A stretch of DNA of 64,000 bases from a virus (taxonomy: Duplodnaviria > Caudoviricetes). Position 1 is the stretch's first letter. Every line of letters begins with the position of its first letter. The stretch spans positions 128,001 through 192,000 of the IMG/VR virus record IMGVR_UViG_3300020360_000085; one strand, written 5' to 3'. The notes beneath the pieces are model-generated. The model worked only from the letters and a program-made list of their open reading frames with translations. It did no database searches and had not been told where the DNA came from. This document shows, piece after piece, positions 38,088 to 47,766 of this stretch. Made by a program: the position numbers and the translations under genes.

Positions 38088-38841
38088 ATTATTTGCTAAC
38101 ATTGGAGTAGGACACGAAAACGATTGGCAAACAATTAAAGGCAGAGTTGTTGCGGCCGCTCAGTGTAATGCTGATGCAATAGTAATTACAAAGTCAACGC
38201 CAGATATTATTATACCAAAGCATAAAAGATATGTAGCAATGGAAAGTAAATGGGGAGAACTGCCATATATAGAAGTAGCAAATAAAAGTGAATTAGACGA
38301 TTTAACTGTTAAAAAATTAAATGACTTAGTAGAGCAAATAGGCATACCAGTAATATGGTGCATTACAGATATACAGGCAGGAGATTGGGTATTAGAACAT
38401 ACAAATTGCAAAGATATTAAAATACATTTTGACTCTCAAAATGATTTAGATTTATTAGAGTTTTGTTATAATAATTTTGAAAAGGTTAGATATTGTGGTA
38501 ATGAAGAAAATATTAAAATATTATATAATATGTATCCTAGTAAATCAGTAAGGAGAGAACATTTATTTTTATATCATACTACAATTAAATTTCCTCCACA
38601 AGTAGAAGAATTAAAATTAAGTAGAATAGACAATTTAAAAAAATTATTTCCTGATGCAAATATAGGATTTGAAGGACGATGTGAATCAATATATCCTGAT
38701 TGTGCTGTTGCACTTAAAGATGTAAATTATATTGAAAAATATTTGGGGGACGAAGAAGAATTTAATCCTGCTGTTTTAAGTCATCAAAAATTTTATGACT
38801 TTTTTGTAAATATGAACCAACTAGAGATAGCAAATGGCTAA
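38080..38841 (+). CDS. Degenerate NeuB/SpsE-like (N-acetylneuraminate synthase family) protein
   Basis: LFANIGVGHEND...AAAQCNADAI, LYHTTIKFPP..EELKL..I..LKKLF...IGFEGR, AVAL...IEKY follow the NeuB TIM-barrel pattern with altered catalytic residues. ATG at 38080. Confidence 0.65.
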   Translation: MIKLFANIGVGHENDWQTIKGRVVAAAQCNADAIVITKSTPDIIIPKHKRYVAMESKWGELPYIEVANKSELDDLTVKKLNDLVEQIGIPVIWCITDIQAGDWVLEHTNCKDIKIHFDSQNDLDLLEFCYNNFEKVRYCGNEENIKILYNMYPSKSVRREHLFLYHTTIKFPPQVEELKLSRIDNLKKLFPDANIGFEGRCESIYPDCAVALKDVNYIEKYLGDEEEFNPAVLSHQKFYDFFVNMNQLEIANG

Positions 38842-40237
38842 AGTTAAGCCTAAATGGGAACACGGACAAATGAGTCCAGATTCAGAAAACAAGGTGTTTT
38901 GTACAGCACCTTGGACCCATACCTATATTAGTCCACAAAGTGAAAGACGCATGTGCTGTGCTAGTAGAGAAGATCATATGATGCAAAGGCAGTATATAGA
39001 TGCAAGTAATGATAAAAGCACAGGCAAGTATAAAGAAGTAGGAACTATTGCAGATTATAAACCAGTAAGTTTGAAAGAACACTGGAATAGTCCTTACATG
39101 ATGGACATAAGAAAAAAACTTATGGCTGGCGAAGAGATTCCACAATGTGCAGTATGTAATGATAGTATTTTAAGTCAAAGTACATACAGACAATGGTTTA
39201 CTGGATTTTTATTTGAAAAATATATAGACAGGTGTTTTGAGGAGACAGATGAAAATGGATATACTAATATGGAACCAATTTCTTTTGATTACAGGGTCAG
39301 TAACCTGTGTAATTTTAAGTGTCGTATGTGTGGCGAACCTCTCTCGTCTGCTTGGGAAGGAGAGAAAAGAAAACATAATCTTTGGAGTCCGGAAAACCAA
39401 CCTTTTATGGTTCCCGAGAATAAAAAGATTATCCAGAAATTTCAGAAGGAAGTAGTTGAAGAAGAATTTTGGGACGCCATTTGTAGAGGCATTGTAGAAG
39501 AAATTTATTGGGTAGGTGGAGAACCACTAATGTATGACATTCATTGGCGTAGCATGGACAGATTAGCAAAAGATAATAATCTTAATAAAGTACATTTAAG
39601 ATATAATAGTAATTTAAGTCGTGTACGTTTTGGAGATCATTATTTGTACGACTGGCTACCACAAGCAAAAGATTGGACTATGTGTGCCAGTATAGATGGC
39701 ACGGGAGATATAGGCGAGTATATAAGAACTGGACTTAATTGGGAACAATGGGATAAAAACTTCAGAGAAGGTGTAGCATTACCAGGAGGTAATGATAAAA
39801 TGTTAATGGATTTAACATTAACAGGCCCAGGCATGTTTGATCTTAAAAACTTTTTTGATTATGCATTAGAACTAGATGTTAAGATAGAAACAAAACGCAT
39901 GTTCGCTTTCCATCCTGATATAGTAATGAGTGCTATGGCATGGCCTAGACATATACTTGACAGAATAATAGATGATGTGCTAGAATATATAAGGCCTAGG
40001 GCCACAGAAAAGCAACAAACATTAATAAGAGAATTAGAAGGCATGAAACAATCGCCTACTTTTCAAGAACAATGGCCAGAGGAGGCAGAAGATGCCTTTT
40101 TTAAAGGTAGAAATTGGCAAGATCAAATTGCAAATATTCGACCAGACGAAAAATTGCGTATAGAGGATATCTATAAGGAAGATAATGAATTATATGATTG
40201 GTGGATGAGAGTAGACCGCAAACACAATCAGCGATAA
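38834..40237 (+). CDS. Radical SAM enzyme with N-terminal SPASM/twitch-like cluster (rSAM3)
   Basis: CNFKCRMC, VGGEPL, SIDG; CTAPW...MCC...CAVC. Confidence 0.9.
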   Translation: MAKVKPKWEHGQMSPDSENKVFCTAPWTHTYISPQSERRMCCASREDHMMQRQYIDASNDKSTGKYKEVGTIADYKPVSLKEHWNSPYMMDIRKKLMAGEEIPQCAVCNDSILSQSTYRQWFTGFLFEKYIDRCFEETDENGYTNMEPISFDYRVSNLCNFKCRMCGEPLSSAWEGEKRKHNLWSPENQPFMVPENKKIIQKFQKEVVEEEFWDAICRGIVEEIYWVGGEPLMYDIHWRSMDRLAKDNNLNKVHLRYNSNLSRVRFGDHYLYDWLPQAKDWTMCASIDGTGDIGEYIRTGLNWEQWDKNFREGVALPGGNDKMLMDLTLTGPGMFDLKNFFDYALELDVKIETKRMFAFHPDIVMSAMAWPRHILDRIIDDVLEYIRPRATEKQQTLIRELEGMKQSPTFQEQWPEEAEDAFFKGRNWQDQIANIRPDEKLRIEDIYKEDNELYDWWMRVDRKHNQR

Positions 40238-40273
40238 TATACCACAAGCAACAAAACCCCCCAAAAAGACTCG

Positions 40274-40280
40274 ATAAATA
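40274..40280 (+). promoter_or_regulatory. Late promoter motif ATAAATA (leadered)
   Basis: In the only ~100-bp gap of the island, upstream of SD CAGGAG and ATG 40337. Confidence 0.6.
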
Positions 40281-40336
40281 GTGTAGTAATATGACTTTGT
40301 TATATTACACACATATTAACACAACAGGAGATAAAG

Positions 40337-41671
40337 ATGGCCTCAGTCGGATTTATCGGTGTAGGTAAGTTAGGACAAGCCTGTGCCGAGATGGTCGCTG
40401 AAGTACATGATGTTGTTGGGTATGATGTTAATCCTGTAGAGCCTGAAAACTTTACAATGAGCGACACATTGGAAGGAGCAGTACTAGGACAAGATATTGT
40501 TTTTATTGCTGTACCTACACCACATGACCCACAGTATGATGGAAAAGCACCAACCAGCCATTTACCAAATAAGGACTTTGACTACGGTTTAGTTAAGCAA
40601 GTACTTTCAGAGGTAAATGCGGTTGCAACAAAAGACCAATTAGTAGTCCTTATATCAACAGTCTTGCCTGGTACAACCAGACGAGAATTCATTGATTTAA
40701 TTCCAAATGCCAGATTCGTTTACAACCCATACTTAATTGCTATGGGCACAGTTAAATGGGATATGGTAAATCCAGAAATGGTAATGATTGGAACAGAAGA
40801 TGGAAGTGAAACAGGTGATGCAAAACAACTTGTAGACTTTTACAAAACAATAATGCAAAACGATCCTAGATATATTATAGGTACTTGGGACGAAACAGAG
40901 TGTATAAAAGTTTTTTATAACACGTTTATTTCTGCCAAAGTATCTTTAGTAAATATGATACAGGACGTTGCAGAAAAGCAAGGCAACATAAACGCAGAAG
41001 TTGTTTGTGACGCTCTTGCAACATCAGACAGACGTATTATGGGTCCAGGTTACATGAAGCCGGGCATGGGCGATGGAGGTGCTTGCCACCCCCGAGATAA
41101 TATCGCACTTCGCTGGATGGCAGAAGAACTAGATTTAGGATACGACTTATTTGATGCTGTAATGTTAAGTAGAGAAGTACAAGCAGAAAATATGGCTAAA
41201 AAATTAAGCGAATATGCAGGTGGAGATTACCACCCTACAACAAAAACTATGGTAAATTCGTTACCTATTATAATTGTAGGTAAAGCATATAAGCCTTTAG
41301 TTGAATATGAAGCAGGTTCAAGTAGTATGTTAGTGGGACATTACATAGATAGTATGGGTCACGAACTGTATTACTACGATGAAAAAACAGGAGATATACC
41401 TCCACAACAAGTTTTAGATAAACCAGCAGTATATTTATTAGCACATAATCCTAGTATTACATACGGTGATCAGTTGGATACAGTACCTGGTTGGTATAAT
41501 GGCGAACACAATGTAACAGATTGTGATACAGCACTTATTTCAACAGGTAATGGTACAGAATTATATTTTGCACCAGACAGTATTGTTATTGATCCTTGGA
41601 GGAAAACACCACATATAATGGGCGTAAAAGTAGTACATTATGGAAACACTCGTAAAGAGTCTATGAGATAA
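40337..41671 (+). CDS. ugd: UDP-glucose/GDP-mannose dehydrogenase family protein
   Basis: GFIGVGKLG Rossmann motif, FIAVPTP, STVLPGTT, YNP, KVFYNTF, catalytic GGACHPRD. Nucleotide-sugar specificity not determinable by eye. Confidence 0.9.
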   Translation: MASVGFIGVGKLGQACAEMVAEVHDVVGYDVNPVEPENFTMSDTLEGAVLGQDIVFIAVPTPHDPQYDGKAPTSHLPNKDFDYGLVKQVLSEVNAVATKDQLVVLISTVLPGTTRREFIDLIPNARFVYNPYLIAMGTVKWDMVNPEMVMIGTEDGSETGDAKQLVDFYKTIMQNDPRYIIGTWDETECIKVFYNTFISAKVSLVNMIQDVAEKQGNINAEVVCDALATSDRRIMGPGYMKPGMGDGGACHPRDNIALRWMAEELDLGYDLFDAVMLSREVQAENMAKKLSEYAGGDYHPTTKTMVNSLPIIIVGKAYKPLVEYEAGSSSMLVGHYIDSMGHELYYYDEKTGDIPPQQVLDKPAVYLLAHNPSITYGDQLDTVPGWYNGEHNVTDCDTALISTGNGTELYFAPDSIVIDPWRKTPHIMGVKVVHYGNTRKESMR

Positions 41672-41672
41672 A

Positions 41673-43004
41673 ATGGCAGAACCTAGATATTGTAGTTTAT
41701 TATGGTCACATCTGAGCAATGAACCATTAGGGCATGTAAGAACATGTTGTATTGCTAAAGAGCGAGTAAAAGACGACAATGGTGAAGATTTTACACTAGG
41801 TTCTACGTCAGTTAGAGATATTTTTCATAGCAACTACTACAAAAAGATAAGGCAAGAAATTAGAGAAGGTAAATTACCAGATAATTGTGAGCCTTGTTGG
41901 CGAGAAGAAGATAACGGAAAAAGATCCAAAAGACAAATTTACAATGAATATTCCTCTTGGAGACTTGATCCTATAGATTATTCTATAGAGCCAGACATGC
42001 CTCAAGATATGCAACTTATTTTAAGTACAACGTGTAATTTAAAATGCAGAAGTTGTAATCCAAATTACAGTAGTAAATGGGTAAAAGAAGCAGATGCAAG
42101 AGGACTTCCATATTTTAAGGAAATGGTACAAGTACCTATGGGAGATCAGGAACGGTCTAAATTTTGGACTCAAATGGACGATTGGATTCCGCACATAAAA
42201 AATTTAGAGATTATGGGCGGAGAACCATTGTACATGAAAGAGTTTAAGGATTTTGCAGGTAAACTGATCGATAGAAATTTAGCAAAAGATATTGAAATTA
42301 ATTTTAGTACAAATGGAACACAGGCAGGAGGAGAATTTTTAGATAGTATTGTTGAAAATTTTAAAAATGTTTCTTTTAATGTTAGTATAGATGGTATAGG
42401 AAAAAGATTTGAATATTTGAGATTTCCAGGTAAATGGGACAAAGTAGAACAAAATTTAGATAAGATACACAAATGGAGAGAAGAAGGAAAAATTCATGTG
42501 GGTGTAACCAATACAGTAACAATATTAAACTTAATGTATTTGTTAGAATTTCATGTAGAGTTCGCGAAGCGATGGCCTTTATTTGATATCTTTCATAATA
42601 TAGCAAATTTACCAAGTTGGTTTAATCCTAATGTTTTGCCTGATCACATGAAAGAAAAATCTGTTGAAAGTTTACAACGTGGATTAAGAGAAAATAAATT
42701 TCCTACTGAATTACTAGGAGATATAAAAGGTATAATAAAACATGCAACTGCTTTACAAAAAGATGTAATAAGACCTTATGGCTCTTTAGAAGAAGGGCAT
42801 ACTATAGAAGGAGAGATTGCAGTACGTTGGAATATGTTTAGAAAACAAGTTGTTGCAGGAGACGAATACAGAAAAGAAGATTTTAGACAAGTTTTTCCTG
42901 AATTATGGGAAATTGTAAAAGAAGATTTTAATTATGATTTACTATACTCTAGGGCACAAAAAGACCCTATGTATAGTTCAATAGAAAAAGGAACATTTAT
43001 ATAA
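41673..43004 (+). CDS. Radical SAM enzyme with N-terminal SPASM/twitch-like cluster (rSAM4)
   Basis: CNLKCRSC, MGGEPL, SIDG; CSLLW...TCC...CEPCW. Confidence 0.9.
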   Translation: MAEPRYCSLLWSHLSNEPLGHVRTCCIAKERVKDDNGEDFTLGSTSVRDIFHSNYYKKIRQEIREGKLPDNCEPCWREEDNGKRSKRQIYNEYSSWRLDPIDYSIEPDMPQDMQLILSTTCNLKCRSCNPNYSSKWVKEADARGLPYFKEMVQVPMGDQERSKFWTQMDDWIPHIKNLEIMGGEPLYMKEFKDFAGKLIDRNLAKDIEINFSTNGTQAGGEFLDSIVENFKNVSFNVSIDGIGKRFEYLRFPGKWDKVEQNLDKIHKWREEGKIHVGVTNTVTILNLMYLLEFHVEFAKRWPLFDIFHNIANLPSWFNPNVLPDHMKEKSVESLQRGLRENKFPTELLGDIKGIIKHATALQKDVIRPYGSLEEGHTIEGEIAVRWNMFRKQVVAGDEYRKEDFRQVFPELWEIVKEDFNYDLLYSRAQKDPMYSSIEKGTFI

Positions 43005-44251
43005 TGGGTGCTTATGACGACAAATTTTGTCCATTACCTTGGATACATCTAGGTACGCACCCTCACGGCGGTGTTACCCCTTGTTGCATATCAGATATGA
43101 CAGCAGGAAAAAATAGAGCAAGAAATTATGGTAAAGAACAGGATCAGTTCTTTAATTTAAATGATAACACTATAGCCGAACATATGAATAGTGATTATTT
43201 TAAACAAATTAGATTGGAGATGTTAAATGATGTGGAGCCTAAAGCATGTAGCAGATGCTACGAGGAAGAAAGAAAAGGAATTGAGAGCAAACGTATCCAC
43301 GAGTCCAAGGTTTATAAGAACATTGACCCCGATTACGCATCCAGACTTACAAGTAAGGATGGTAGCATACCTTTGGACCTTCGTTTTGTTGAGTTGCGTC
43401 TTGGCAATGTATGTAATGTCCGTTGTCGTACTTGTAATCCAGCAAGTAGTTCAAGGTGGGTTAAGGATTATAAAGAAATTGTGGATTCCCTGGACTTCGT
43501 AAATGATGGATACAGTTGGTTAGATCATAAACACGATTTTCAATGGCCTGAAGACGATGAATTTTATAGAGATTTATTTAATTGTGCACCTAATTTAGAG
43601 GTACTTTATATAAATGGTGGAGAGCCTACACTTATTAAAGCACATTGGAAGTTTTTAGAAAGGCTAGTTGAAAGTGGACGTAGTAAAAATATAATATTAT
43701 GGTATAATATTAATATGACACAAGTTCCAGACAAAGCGATTCCTTTATGGAAAGAATTTAAAGAAGCCAGAGTATGTCCTAGTATTGACGACTTGGATTA
43801 CAGAAATAAATTTATCAGATACCCTACAGAATGGTCAGATGTAGAGCAAAATTTAGAAAAAATTATGCAGGTACCTGAACTTACTGTAAGAATTACTCAA
43901 ACAGTAAGTGCATACAGTTATATCTATTTAGACGAATTTTTAAACTGGGCACCAGTGCCTGTAGATATGAACTTTGTATATGACCCTGATTACCTATCGC
44001 CTGGAATATTACCTCCTGTCGTGAGACACGAGGCCCATGCCAAGTTTAGAAAAACGATGGGTAACAGACATGAACTTGGAACATTGTTAAGCATGTATAA
44101 TGACGATAATTGGGACGAAGTTAAATGGGAACACTTTTGTCGGTACAATGACGAGTTAGACAGAATACGCCAACACGAACAAGGTTGGAGGGAAGTTTTC
44201 CCAGAATTAATAGAAATATTGGATAAACATGGAATACAGCACAAATATTAG
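43004..44251 (+). CDS. Radical SAM enzyme with N-terminal SPASM/twitch-like cluster (rSAM5)
   Basis: CNVRCRTC, NGGEPT; CPLPW...PCC...CSRCY. Confidence 0.9.
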   Translation: MGAYDDKFCPLPWIHLGTHPHGGVTPCCISDMTAGKNRARNYGKEQDQFFNLNDNTIAEHMNSDYFKQIRLEMLNDVEPKACSRCYEEERKGIESKRIHESKVYKNIDPDYASRLTSKDGSIPLDLRFVELRLGNVCNVRCRTCNPASSSRWVKDYKEIVDSLDFVNDGYSWLDHKHDFQWPEDDEFYRDLFNCAPNLEVLYINGGEPTLIKAHWKFLERLVESGRSKNIILWYNINMTQVPDKAIPLWKEFKEARVCPSIDDLDYRNKFIRYPTEWSDVEQNLEKIMQVPELTVRITQTVSAYSYIYLDEFLNWAPVPVDMNFVYDPDYLSPGILPPVVRHEAHAKFRKTMGNRHELGTLLSMYNDDNWDEVKWEHFCRYNDELDRIRQHEQGWREVFPELIEILDKHGIQHKY

Positions 44252-45365
44252 TAAAACTAAAAATAATTTAGACGTTGTACATGCAAATCCTGATGGGTAT
44301 AGTGATATTTTAGATAGTGTAAAAAATGATAGTTTTACAAATATAATTGATTACACAGAAATAAGTAGTGCAAATATAACTAACTTTACTAAAAGTGCAT
44401 TAGAAAAAATGCCTAAAAAAGAATGCATTATATTAATACATTTGACAGAAGCATTTAGTAGTGTTTATTGGAATATAGTATTTGAAATTGTAAAAAGTTA
44501 TGGTGTTAAAAAAATTATTTGGATAGACGGAGGACTTACTCCAGGATATTTGTATAGGCATTTAAATGATATAACAATTTCACATAAACCTTCATATTAT
44601 TTTTTTACTAGATTGCTAGAAGAAAAAAATAATTTATATAATAAAAATTTAGTTTATAAGGATAAAAAATATTACTATGTAAGTTTAGGAAGATTAACAA
44701 GACAAGAAAGAGTTTATTTAACAAATAAAATTATAGAGGATACAGACTTAAAAAATAAAGGAATTATAAGTTGTGGATGGGGCAACAATGAGGAAAATAC
44801 TATATGGAAAAATAGTTATCATTTACAATGTGCAGAGGATTTAATAGGCAATACTGTAGGGAAATTTCCTATTAGTTTAGGAGATATAGATTCAGAGCAA
44901 TACGATATTTTACATGATTTTGATTTAGCAGTATTTAACATTGTACAAGAATCATCAGTAGGATTTAACAGTATAAGTCATAATACAACTTATTCTGAAA
45001 ATCCTTATTGGAGTTCTATAGATAGTGATAGACATTTTTTTACAGAAAAATCTGCAAAGGCATTTTTAATGGGACAGATACCATTATTTTTAGCAACTCC
45101 TGGATATGTGCAACAATTAAGAAAACTAGGATTTGATGTATTTGATGACATTGTAGATCATGATTATGATAAAGAAGATTATGTAATTAAAAGGTGTAAT
45201 GAAGTTTATAAAGAATTAAAACGTATTAGTTTACAAGATCTAAAACACTTAGATTACAAAGTTAAAACTTATTGCTACCAGAGATTACAAAATAATATAG
45301 ACAATTTAATAAAATTAGGTAATAAAGAAAATTTAATAGAATGGATAAACAACCAGATAGCATAG
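44229..45365 (+). CDS. Putative glycosyltransferase-related protein (GT10/GT-B-like C-terminus)
   Basis: FNIVQES...FFTEKSAKAFLMGQIPLFLATPGYVQQLRKLGFDVF resembles the fucosyltransferase-like ITEK..K...PI region. Tentative. Confidence 0.45.
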   Translation: MEYSTNISKTKNNLDVVHANPDGYSDILDSVKNDSFTNIIDYTEISSANITNFTKSALEKMPKKECIILIHLTEAFSSVYWNIVFEIVKSYGVKKIIWIDGGLTPGYLYRHLNDITISHKPSYYFFTRLLEEKNNLYNKNLVYKDKKYYYVSLGRLTRQERVYLTNKIIEDTDLKNKGIISCGWGNNEENTIWKNSYHLQCAEDLIGNTVGKFPISLGDIDSEQYDILHDFDLAVFNIVQESSVGFNSISHNTTYSENPYWSSIDSDRHFFTEKSAKAFLMGQIPLFLATPGYVQQLRKLGFDVFDDIVDHDYDKEDYVIKRCNEVYKELKRISLQDLKHLDYKVKTYCYQRLQNNIDNLIKLGNKENLIEWINNQIA

Positions 45366-46576
45366 ACTTTAACGAAGTTAAAGACAACGATGTAATGTGT
45401 ATCCTACCATGGATTCATATGCACCCTTGGCCTAACGGAAAAACAATGTTATGTTGTGACTCTCCTTGGGAGTCGCATATTGGTGATTTAAGAGAAAATA
45501 GTTTACAAGAAGTATGGAATAGCGAAGACATGAAACAGGTACGTCTTAAAATGCTACAAGGTAAAAAATGTAAACAATGTGTACGTTGTTACGAAAAAGA
45601 AAAATATGGACATGACAGTTTAAGAGTAAGAAGTAATAAAGACTGGTTAGAAAAGCATTGGGACAAAGTAACAAAAACTAATCCAGATGGCAGTCTAGAT
45701 GATTTACATATTGTGTATTTAGATTTTCGCTTTAGTAATGTTTGTAATTTACGTTGTAGATACTGTGGTCCAGAATTAAGTAGTAATTGGTTTAAAGATG
45801 CTGTAAAAAGTTCTTGGAATATTACACCTACAGAGCAAGTAATACAGATTAGAAATGATGTTGATGGATTTATGGGAGAGTTTGAGCCTATGTTAGAACA
45901 CATAGAGCAAATTTATTGGGCAGGTGGAGAACCAATTATAATGGACGAACATTGGGCCATAATGAATAAACTTGTAGAAATGGGTAAAACCGATATACGA
46001 ATATTTTACAATACAAACTTTACAAAATTAAAATATAAAAAATTTAATGTTCTCGACTTATGGAAAAACTTTGATCATATTAGTATAGGTGCTAGTTTAG
46101 ATGCCGAGGGAGCCAGAGGAGAGTATCAACGTAAAGGAACTAAATGGGCAGATGTAATTAGTAACATTGAACAATTAAGAGAACAAGCACCTGAAATAGA
46201 TTTTTATATTAGTGCAACAGTAAGTGCCTATAATGCCTGGCATATTACAGACTTCCATAGAAATTGGGTTAAGAAAGGTTATATAAAACCAGGAGACTGG
46301 TATATGAATGTACTTTTAAATAATCCACGTTTTAGAATGAGTGTTTTACCTAAAGAATTTAAACAAGAGATTAAATACAAGTGGGAAAAACATTTAAAAT
46401 GGTTAGAGCCACAGGATCATATAGGCAGAGCAACTGAAGGTTACAAGAGTGCTATAAAATTTTTAGATGATGATCATACAGAACTGTGGCAAGAGTTTAA
46501 AGATTTCAATATAGAATTTGATAAACTAAGGGAGGAAAACTTTGAGGAAGTATATCCAGAGTTAGCAAAATTATGA
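45341..46576 (+). CDS. Radical SAM enzyme with N-terminal SPASM/twitch-like cluster (rSAM6)
   Basis: CNLRCRYC, AGGEPI; CILPW...LCC...CVRCY. Confidence 0.9.
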   Translation: MDKQPDSIDFNEVKDNDVMCILPWIHMHPWPNGKTMLCCDSPWESHIGDLRENSLQEVWNSEDMKQVRLKMLQGKKCKQCVRCYEKEKYGHDSLRVRSNKDWLEKHWDKVTKTNPDGSLDDLHIVYLDFRFSNVCNLRCRYCGPELSSNWFKDAVKSSWNITPTEQVIQIRNDVDGFMGEFEPMLEHIEQIYWAGGEPIIMDEHWAIMNKLVEMGKTDIRIFYNTNFTKLKYKKFNVLDLWKNFDHISIGASLDAEGARGEYQRKGTKWADVISNIEQLREQAPEIDFYISATVSAYNAWHITDFHRNWVKKGYIKPGDWYMNVLLNNPRFRMSVLPKEFKQEIKYKWEKHLKWLEPQDHIGRATEGYKSAIKFLDDDHTELWQEFKDFNIEFDKLREENFEEVYPELAKL

Positions 46577-47766
46577 GTAAACATTTTTGTCCAATGCCGT
46601 TTGTAAACTTAGAAGCCAGAACTGATGGCTCTATGTCTATATGCTGTCAAATGGACGAACTAATTAATGATAATGGTAAAAATTTATCACTTACAGAAGA
46701 TGTTTTAACAGACGGCTGGAATAGTAATTGGTTAGCAAACTTAAGAAAAGATTTTTTAGATGGTAAAAAACCTAAGTCTTGTTACAGTTGCTGGACGGCC
46801 GAAGATGCAGGAATAGATAGTAAAAGACAAAGAGCATTAAGGGATTTTCCTAATGCTTTAGAAGAAGCATTAAATAAAAAAGAAAATATAAAGCCTAAAT
46901 CCATGGATTTAAAGTTAGGTAATGTATGCAATAACAAATGTAGAATTTGTAATAGTTTTGCTAGTAGTTTATGGGTACCAGAAGAAAAGAAACGAGATGG
47001 TACAAACAATTTGTTTTGGGATAGGATGAGAGTTGTAGGAAGATGGCCTGAAACAAATGAAGAATTTTGGCACGATTTTGAAGATCTTAGTGATGATTTA
47101 GAAGTTTTAGAATTTTATGGTGGCGAACCTTTATTAATAAAAAGACATTATGACATATTACAAGACTTAGTAGATTCTGGAAAAAGTAAAGATATAAAAT
47201 TACTTTATAACACAAACGGATCAATATATCCTGAAAGAGGCTTAGAACTTTGGCCGCATTTTAAAAAGGTAATGTTAAGTTGGAGTTTCGATGGTGTAGG
47301 CTCTCAATTCGAATATATTAGGCATCCTGCAAAATGGGATCAAGTACAACAAAATTTACAAAAAGTAATAGATAAAAATATTCCCAATATATATTTAGAT
47401 ATTTGTTATACTGTAGGTATATTTAATATATACTATATGGAAGAAATATTGAATTGGAGAGACAGTTTCAAAAGTGATTTGCCAATTTATTTTAATCATG
47501 TTTACACACCAGAACATTTTAGTTGTAAAGTATTACCAGAAGCAGTTAAACAAAAAGTTGTAGAAAAATATAAAGATAGTACACATCCAGATATTATTAG
47601 TTCTGTAAAATATTGTACAGATGTAAATTATGATATAGAAAAGATGAATATGTTTTACAGTCAAGTTAAATATAGTGATGATTTTAGAGGTGAAAGTTTT
47701 GCAAAAACATTTCCTGAATTTTACGAATTATTAAAAAATTATGCAAATGCACCAGAGGATTTTTAA
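46573..47766 (+). CDS. Radical SAM enzyme with N-terminal SPASM/twitch-like cluster (rSAM7)
   Basis: CNNKCRIC, YGGEPL, SFDG; CPMPF...ICC...CYSCW. Confidence 0.9.
   Translation: MSKHFCPMPFVNLEARTDGSMSICCQMDELINDNGKNLSLTEDVLTDGWNSNWLANLRKDFLDGKKPKSCYSCWTAEDAGIDSKRQRALRDFPNALEEALNKKENIKPKSMDLKLGNVCNNKCRICNSFASSLWVPEEKKRDGTNNLFWDRMRVVGRWPETNEEFWHDFEDLSDDLEVLEFYGGEPLLIKRHYDILQDLVDSGKSKDIKLLYNTNGSIYPERGLELWPHFKKVMLSWSFDGVGSQFEYIRHPAKWDQVQQNLQKVIDKNIPNIYLDICYTVGIFNIYYMEEILNWRDSFKSDLPIYFNHVYTPEHFSCKVLPEAVKQKVVEKYKDSTHPDIISSVKYCTDVNYDIEKMNMFYSQVKYSDDFRGESFAKTFPEFYELLKNYANAPEDF

Noticed and set aside
38080-38841. Calling this ORF a functional sialic-acid synthase (neuB)
   Set aside because: Metal-binding His residues and the C-terminal domain appear missing, so no gene symbol was assigned.
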